Origin: a virus | Taxonomy: Duplodnaviria; Caudoviricetes | IMG/VR virus record: IMGVR_UViG_3300031965_000083 | Coordinates: 1-39,011 of that record | DNA length: 39,011 nucleotides | Strand: one strand, 5' to 3' | In this document: piece after piece, positions 33,759 through 39,011 of the stretch | Position numbering within the stretch: position 1 is the first letter of the stretch | Layout: each line of letters opens with the position of its first letter | Made by a program: the position numbers and the translations under genes | Notes under the pieces: model-generated | Database searches by the model: none | What the model saw: the letters and a program-made list of their open reading frames with translations, nothing else | Told to the model about the DNA's origin: nothing

Positions 33759-34345
33759 CGACCCTTCACCGCCTCCCCGGCTATGGCGCATAAATCCACC
33801 GCCCACGCCGCCGCCCACGCCCCCGCCTCCACCGCCACCGCCGCCTCCCTCGCTGCCCACGCTGCCTCCCCCGCCCCCGCCGCCGCCGCCGCCGCCGCCG
33901 CCGCCCTCGCCGCCTCCGTTGCCTCCCCCGCCCCCGCCGCCCCCGCCTTGCTCCGGTCCTCGCCGCTTAGCCATTTGTCCGCCCATTTATTCCAGCTCTC
34001 ATCGCGGCATACCGCCTTGGCGCACAGTATAGCGAATCTCACCCGCTGCTCGGTGGTCACGACCGGGAGCGGAATCTCCCGCACCGTCGTCAGGCTCACA
34101 CACCCGCACTTTAACGGCCCGTCTCGTAACGCTATCTCCCCCTCCGCCTCCCACAGGCGGGGATGCGGAAAATAGGCGTGTATGGGGTTCATGAACACCG
34201 CGACCAGCGGGTCTTCATACGCATGAATAAATCCCTTCCCGCATAATCCACCCTCGCCTGTACCGGAATGCGTGACGCCCTCGCCCCACTGAGTCCGGTT
34301 ACGAGTCCGGCCATTTTCGTCCGTCAGCTTATAGAGTTTCGTCAT
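33755..34345 (-). CDS. Paralog P3 of the 4-copy Ala-rich family
   Basis: Same core and same GGAGCAAGGC-ATG leader as P2; coupled to the helicase by ATGA. Confidence 0.85.
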   Translation of the reverse strand: MTKLYKLTDENGRTRNRTQWGEGVTHSGTGEGGLCGKGFIHAYEDPLVAVFMNPIHAYFPHPRLWEAEGEIALRDGPLKCGCVSLTTVREIPLPVVTTEQRVRFAILCAKAVCRDESWNKWADKWLSGEDRSKAGAAGAGEATEAARAAAAAAAAAGAGEAAWAAREAAVAVEAGAWAAAWAVDLCAIAGEAVKGR

Positions 34346-34737
34346 GCCTTGCTCCTTTTCTTTCTATTCTCCACCGGGCAACCCCAGCGCCGCCTCAAGT
34401 CAGGATCGGATTTCCACTCTTCCCAAGTCGGCCACGGCGTAAAATTGTCTAGCCACGAAGCATCGACGGGCGGATGGTTTAGGGCAAGAACGCTGGGAAT
34501 CCGCTCTCTCTCCTCCCATGCCTCCACGGACGCCGCCGCTCGCAATGCAAGCTCGGCCTCCGCCGCCGCCGCCGCAGCACTCTTCCACGCCACCGAGGCC
34601 CTCCTGGCCCACTCCGCAAGCTCATCCGTCTTTGCTGTTTTAATAGCCGCTGCCATCGTCTCAGACCATCGCGTAGACAAGTCGGACGCCTTCTTGGCCT
34701 CCTCCGCGCTCTCCGATGCCGATTTATATATGGTCAC
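34342..34737 (-). CDS. Ala/Trp-rich helical hypothetical protein
   Basis: GTG start after AAGGAG; stop overlaps the P3 start. Confidence 0.55.
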   Translation of the reverse strand: MTIYKSASESAEEAKKASDLSTRWSETMAAAIKTAKTDELAEWARRASVAWKSAAAAAAEAELALRAAASVEAWEERERIPSVLALNHPPVDASWLDNFTPWPTWEEWKSDPDLRRRWGCPVENRKKRSKA

Positions 34738-35152
34738 CTCTGTCTCCTTCCTTGTTGCAGTCTGGTACCGCCGCTGGCGTTTTCCCATGGCACAGAGCAT
34801 GGTGATCGGCGCAAAAGGACGATCCCCGTTTTTGGTCCGCCTGACAATATCGCCATTCCTCTCCCACGTGTCCCGTTATGAATCGGCATCCGCGCGGCTC
34901 CCTTAAGCTATCGGCATCTGAATCATAGTCATGATTAGCGTACACAACTCGCGCCGGTAGGGCGGGCCGCCTTCCCAATCCCACGTTGTAGCGGTCGGCA
35001 AATCCGGCAATCATGTTTCTCGTGACTGGCCTTCCGAACGCGCCCGACAGCCGAGACGCCACATTTGGGTAGGTGATCCCGGAGCGAATCAGAGAGGCCG
35101 CCATATCTCGCGCCTCTGTAAGCGCCCATATGGAGTTAACGTGGTGAGTCAT
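34724..35152 (-). CDS. gcrA: GcrA-family cell-cycle regulator homolog
   Basis: N-terminal HTH (G.TYPNVASRL...VTRNMIAG..DR) and C-terminal CRFITG...RYC...SSFCADH cluster, matching GcrA architecture. Confidence 0.75.
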   Translation of the reverse strand: MTHHVNSIWALTEARDMAASLIRSGITYPNVASRLSGAFGRPVTRNMIAGFADRYNVGLGRRPALPARVVYANHDYDSDADSLREPRGCRFITGHVGEEWRYCQADQKRGSSFCADHHALCHGKTPAAVPDCNKEGDRGDHI

Positions 35153-35543
35153 CGTCCCTTCTCTCCGTGGTTCCGTCCATCTTCTTTTTGAAACGCCTGT
35201 CGAACCCGCGAGACGCGATTTTTGCAACCCTGGCGCCGGGCTTTCTTCGCCCCGAGTCGCCGCGCAATCGACGGCATTTGGCTATATTCGCTACATCGGA
35301 TTTGGTTTTCTTGCGAGCGCAGGCAATCAACCAGAGCGCGTCCGGCTTTGAATTTTCTCCAATCGCCAGCGGTATCGTGTGTTCGCAAATGAAATTGCCC
35401 GGCTCAAGTTTCCCGCCGCATCCGCAGGCGCATAGACCGCCCTGAGAGAGGGCAAGGGCGGCGACCTCGCGCTTCGTGAGATACCGGCGAGACGGCGAGC
35501 AAACATCGAGCCTCTCTTGAATGGCGGAAATCTCCGGCCTCAT
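35136..35543 (-). CDS. HNH-like protein (degenerate motif)
   Basis: QGGLCACGC...EHTIPLAIG...C.RKKT.SD; the usual Asn and final His are not evident. Confidence 0.6.
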   Translation of the reverse strand: MRPEISAIQERLDVCSPSRRYLTKREVAALALSQGGLCACGCGGKLEPGNFICEHTIPLAIGENSKPDALWLIACARKKTKSDVANIAKCRRLRGDSGRRKPGARVAKIASRGFDRRFKKKMDGTTERRDDDSPR

Positions 35544-35920
35544 TTGGAAAAAACCACCCCGCGAGACGCCCCATATTCTCCAATAAGATCGATCATGGCG
35601 GACATCTCCTCAACACTCAGGTCCGAGGAGCTGTAGCGCAACGGAATGAAGCCGTCACCCTCAAAATTTGGGATTAGCCCCATTTCGGATCGCAGACCAG
35701 ACAGGAAAACCAGCTTCCATTCCTCCGTTTTGAGAATCCGCCCATGCCACGATAGCTGTGTGGCGACCTCCGTCAGCATGGCCCACATTCGGTCATTCTG
35801 GAGCAGGGTCCGTTTGGGCCTCTTGAACTCTACCCGAGAGCCGGCCGGAGCAGCGTCAATCCAGACCTTGGCCCGTGAGCGAGCCGCAACGCCATTCAGA
35901 ACGATGAGGGCTCTGGACAT
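35540..35920 (-). CDS. ninB: NinB/Orf-family recombination protein
   Basis: KRTLLQNDRMWAMLTEVATQL.WHG..L..EEWK and SS.LSVEEMSAMIDLI..YGA..GV.F. Confidence 0.85.
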   Translation of the reverse strand: MSRALIVLNGVAARSRAKVWIDAAPAGSRVEFKRPKRTLLQNDRMWAMLTEVATQLSWHGRILKTEEWKLVFLSGLRSEMGLIPNFEGDGFIPLRYSSSDLSVEEMSAMIDLIGEYGASRGVVFSK

Positions 35921-36120
35921 TTTTCAGCCGCCAGTAGGGCGTCCCTTGCCTCTGTAAGGCGAGCGAGGGCGCGTTCTGCTGCAGCAAGAGCGAAGCTCAA
36001 CCAGCATGGATCGACAATGGCGCGGTCGGAATACACCATGGCGGTGGGCAAATGGACCATAGCCAGACTTGTTTTCGAGGCGGCCTCCTGGAGAAGATCA
36101 GAACGGGATTTCGTCGTCAT
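35896..36120 (-). CDS. Hypothetical protein
   Basis: AAGGAG RBS before MTTKSRS. Confidence 0.5.
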   Translation of the reverse strand: MTTKSRSDLLQEAASKTSLAMVHLPTAMVYSDRAIVDPCWLSFALAAAERALARLTEARDALLAAEKCPEPSSF

Positions 36121-36514
36121 TGATGGACTCCTTCGCTGTTTCCTCTCGTGCCGTGGCCACCCCTTCTCCATCCCGTCGCGGCGCGAGCGTAAAGAAGGTT
36201 CCCCGGAAATCGTCCGCCACGACCTCGGTGGTATATCGGTCCCGCCCCTCTTTATCCTGCCATTTCCGGGTTCTAAGGCGCCCCTCGAAGAACACCCGGT
36301 CGCCCTTTTTAAGATTCAGCTTCCTCATCATGTCCGCAAGGCGTCCGAACGCCACGCACTGAATATACTCGGTGCGCTCTTGTCTCTCTCCGGACGCCTT
36401 ATCGGTCCACCGCTCTCCGCAGGCGATACGGAAATTAGCGCAGTGACCGGCGCCTACGGGCCTGTATTCCACGTCGGCTACAAGATTCCCAATCAAAGAT
36501 ACTCGGTTAAGCAT
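36098..36514 (-). CDS. ssb: Single-stranded DNA-binding protein
   Basis: LNRVSLIGNL, EGRLRTRKWQDKEG.DRYTTEV and C-terminal DDEIPF; start may instead be 36523. Confidence 0.95.
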   Translation of the reverse strand: MLNRVSLIGNLVADVEYRPVGAGHCANFRIACGERWTDKASGERQERTEYIQCVAFGRLADMMRKLNLKKGDRVFFEGRLRTRKWQDKEGRDRYTTEVVADDFRGTFFTLAPRRDGEGVATAREETAKESINDDEIPF

Positions 36515-36587
36515 GGCGGTCATGATCCTCATCAAGGGCTAAAAGAAGGATGTATCCTAGCAGGAGGATGATAATCAGTGTCGTCAT
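36507..36587 (-). CDS. 26-aa hydrophobic peptide (MTTLIIILLLGYILLLALDEDHDRHA)
   Basis: ATGA coupling with the P4 stop; GGAGG RBS. Confidence 0.45.
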   Translation of the reverse strand: MTTLIIILLLGYILLLALDEDHDRHA

Positions 36588-37108
36588 GACACCGCCTCCC
36601 CGGCTATGGCGCTTAAATCCAGCTCCTCCCCTGCCCGCTCCACCGCCCACGCCGCCCACTCCACCGCTCGCGCCCACGCCTGCACCGCCTCCGCCGTTCC
36701 CGCCGCTTCCTTGCCCATATTTTCGCCGCTCAACCATCTATCGGCCCACGCATTCCAGCCCTTATCCTTATACACCTTCTTGGAGCAAAGGATCGCGAAT
36801 CTAAACCGCTGCTCTGTCGTGACCTCGGGCAGCGGTATCTCCCGCACCGTCGTCAGCGACTTGCACCCGCACTTTACCTGCCCGTCTCTTACCGATCTCT
36901 CACCCTCCGCCTCCCACAGGCGGGGATGCCGAAAATCAGCGTGTATGGGGTTCAGCAACACCGCCACAAGCGGGTCCTCATACGCATGTATCCACCCATC
37001 CCCGCATAATTCACCCTTGCCCGTCCCGGAATGAGTAACGCCCTCTCCCCATTGAGTCTGGTTCTGGGTCCGGCCATTGCCGTCCGTCAGCTTATAGAGT
37101 CGCGTCAT
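36584..37108 (-). CDS. Paralog P4 of the 4-copy Ala-rich family (shortest tail)
   Basis: GGAGCAAGGC-ATG leader; same core. Confidence 0.85.
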   Translation of the reverse strand: MTRLYKLTDGNGRTQNQTQWGEGVTHSGTGKGELCGDGWIHAYEDPLVAVLLNPIHADFRHPRLWEAEGERSVRDGQVKCGCKSLTTVREIPLPEVTTEQRFRFAILCSKKVYKDKGWNAWADRWLSGENMGKEAAGTAEAVQAWARAVEWAAWAVERAGEELDLSAIAGEAVS

Positions 37109-37135
37109 GCCTTGCTCCACCTATCTGTCTGGTTC

Positions 37136-38428
37136 CTACGGTGATCGCTCCGGCAACACGGCGTCTCCCGAATAAGACCACCGTCCGGCGTAGTAACCCT
37201 TGTTGAAATACCGAATCATCTGGGGGGTAAATCCTATGATGGCCCCAGTTTCCGGGTCCTGCTCCATTCCGACAAGGGCACCACCGACATGGGCGTCGAT
37301 CTTTTTCTTGCGCATGAAGGGGTCCTGATCTTTGCAGGTGCCGCACTGAACCACCCACACATTCCGTATATTTCCCGCCCACAGTTTGTGATAGTGACCA
37401 TAGAATCCCACTGCCGGCTTCTCCCCCCCGTCAAGAGCTTCTACAATCTTCTGAATCGAATACGAGACCGCATAGCTCGACCCGCCGCCGGGATGAACAA
37501 CTGACAGGATGGAGGATTTGCCGCTATTCGCATTCATCAGGCGAACGTAGCCCTCCATGAATCCGAGATTCACCCAGTCGAACCTTCCCTCTTCCTGCAT
37601 GATCCGCTCGGCGAATCTCCCAATGTCAACCCCCTCTCTCTGGGCGTACCACCCCTCGTGGTCATCTCCGGCCACGGCGTAGGTTGTGATTCCCTCGCGC
37701 TGTGGATAATGCTTCGCCAAATAACGGCATTGGGCCTCCATGCCGTGGACACGTAGCTCGTGCCGATTGAAGCGAGCCTCTCCATCAATCCAGTTTCCGG
37801 CGTTGTAGACAGCCTGAACACCGGCGCGCTCATAACGGTCATATAGATCGTTAAGGCAGTCCAGCCGCTCGTATTTGGAACATAAATGCTGGTCGCTCGA
37901 TGCCCCTACCAGAAACGTGTTGTCCGGCCGGGACATCAGAATCGGCATGTTGTCGAGCGTCCCCGCCCCGCCCGGCAGTGGAATGGTCTTGTCAATTGTC
38001 CACGAGTCGCCGAATTGCTGAATGTTGAATCCCTCGGCCCGGAGGTCTTCCAATATCCCCGCTATCGCATTCCCACCAAGCCCGGTCGCCGCCTTGATTT
38101 GACCGACCGTGGCGCCGTCGCGCTTCTTCAGGAGGTCCCGTACCGATGCGACGGTAGAACCGCTATCCGTATTCTTGGGGACTATCGTGGCGGTCCCCAG
38201 CTCTCCGGAATCGTCATCGATGCCCAATGCCTCGACACCGCCCCGTTGGTTAAACCACGCCCTTAGCGTCGATCTTGATAGACCGAGGGCGTCCGCCGCC
38301 ACAGAGACTGCCCCCAGATCACCGCTCCGCACAGCGGTTCCGGGCCGCGCATACCCCGCTTTAATAGCGTCGCGAATCGCATTAAGGCGGCGCTCGGTAT
38401 CTTCAGGTTTAACGGGTGGCGTTGGCAT
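37136..38428 (-). CDS. Calcineurin-like metallophosphoesterase with N-terminal HTH domain(s)
   Basis: AADALGLSRSTLRAW HTH; SDQH, GNWIDG, GDDHE, HPGGG and GHYH motifs. Confidence 0.8.
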   Translation of the reverse strand: MPTPPVKPEDTERRLNAIRDAIKAGYARPGTAVRSGDLGAVSVAADALGLSRSTLRAWFNQRGGVEALGIDDDSGELGTATIVPKNTDSGSTVASVRDLLKKRDGATVGQIKAATGLGGNAIAGILEDLRAEGFNIQQFGDSWTIDKTIPLPGGAGTLDNMPILMSRPDNTFLVGASSDQHLCSKYERLDCLNDLYDRYERAGVQAVYNAGNWIDGEARFNRHELRVHGMEAQCRYLAKHYPQREGITTYAVAGDDHEGWYAQREGVDIGRFAERIMQEEGRFDWVNLGFMEGYVRLMNANSGKSSILSVVHPGGGSSYAVSYSIQKIVEALDGGEKPAVGFYGHYHKLWAGNIRNVWVVQCGTCKDQDPFMRKKKIDAHVGGALVGMEQDPETGAIIGFTPQMIRYFNKGYYAGRWSYSGDAVLPERSP

Positions 38429-38436
38429 ATCCGCTG

Positions 38437-38919
38437 CTACTCCATTAGAAACAGTGCGCGCTCGGCCTCTCGGCGGCGCATGAGACCCTTGCTTTCGACG
38501 AACTTACCATCAATGCGCGTTTTGTTCCACCAGAGAAACGCATCGGCGGCATGAGATATATTCCCGTTCTCGTATTCCCTCACAACCGTAGATTTCCGGA
38601 ACGCCTCCGCCCCGATATTGAATGCCAGAGAAACCATGGCGTCAAACATATTTTGGGTGAGGGGAGGGAATTTTTTCACCACCCGGTATACCTCCAACTC
38701 GAATCTCCGAAGGTCTGACCGCAATAATTCGTCCGCATGAGTCTCGGTGATCGTCAGTCCCGGATACACGCCCCCCGTGTGGCCGTATCCGATGGTTAGA
38801 ACACCACGGACCGGCCCATCCTCGGACACCACATCGCGTCCAGTGGCATCGTCATACGCAACAAGCCGTAGTTTTTCAAAGCTCTTTATGAGGAATAGCC
38901 CCTTATCTCCTATGCGCAT
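38437..38919 (-). CDS. Endolysin, GH24 lysozyme
   Basis: IKSFE.LRL.AYDD...TIGYGHT, QNMFDAMVSLAFNIG and GLMRRREAERALF. Confidence 0.92.
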   Translation of the reverse strand: MRIGDKGLFLIKSFEKLRLVAYDDATGRDVVSEDGPVRGVLTIGYGHTGGVYPGLTITETHADELLRSDLRRFELEVYRVVKKFPPLTQNMFDAMVSLAFNIGAEAFRKSTVVREYENGNISHAADAFLWWNKTRIDGKFVESKGLMRRREAERALFLME

Positions 38920-39011
38920 GGCCGCACCGCTCCTTTGTGATTTATGGTGAGTCTCAACTCTCTACCGCCTTCTTCGCCAGAGCGCACAAATCCAGCGCCT
39001 CCACCGCCGCC
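38885..39011. repeat. Terminal direct repeat, copy 2
   Basis: Identical to 1-127. Confidence 0.95.

Noticed and set aside
38885-39011. 127-bp terminal repeat as a biological direct terminal repeat
   Set aside because: The length equals a common assembler k-mer and the repeat cuts through coding sequence (lysozyme start and P1 end), so it is best read as circular overlap.
1-39011. CRISPR array, integrase/att site or IS element
   Set aside because: I saw no regularly spaced repeat-spacer units and no recombinase or transposase motifs.

Overview
The window is an apparently complete, circularly assembled 38,884-bp GC-rich tailed-phage genome; bases 38885-39011 duplicate bases 1-127, consistent with an assembler overlap. 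It has podovirus-type (P22-like) morphogenesis genes: Sf6-type TerS, TerL, portal, GroES, scaffold, major capsid, gp4- and gp10-like adaptors, several fibre/spike genes and three ejection proteins. A leftward operon that crosses the circular junction carries a lysozyme, an HTH-metallophosphoesterase, SSB, NinB, an HNH-like protein, a GcrA homolog and an SF2 helicase. The GcrA homolog and several intergenic CtrA boxes (TTAA-N7-TTAAC) point to an alphaproteobacterial host and to coupling with its cell cycle. I see no DNA polymerase, primase, replication initiator, integrase or repressor. The most unusual items are: (1) four mosaic paralogs with a conserved core and a hypervariable Ala-rich tail, which punctuate the leftward operon as direct repeats; (2) a ~780-bp non-coding, palindrome-rich locus containing a small promoter-terminator transcript, a candidate RNA-controlled origin; (3) a degenerate tRNA-like cloverleaf after the capsid gene; and (4) lysis genes scattered over three loci. 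All calls are by eye, without database searches.
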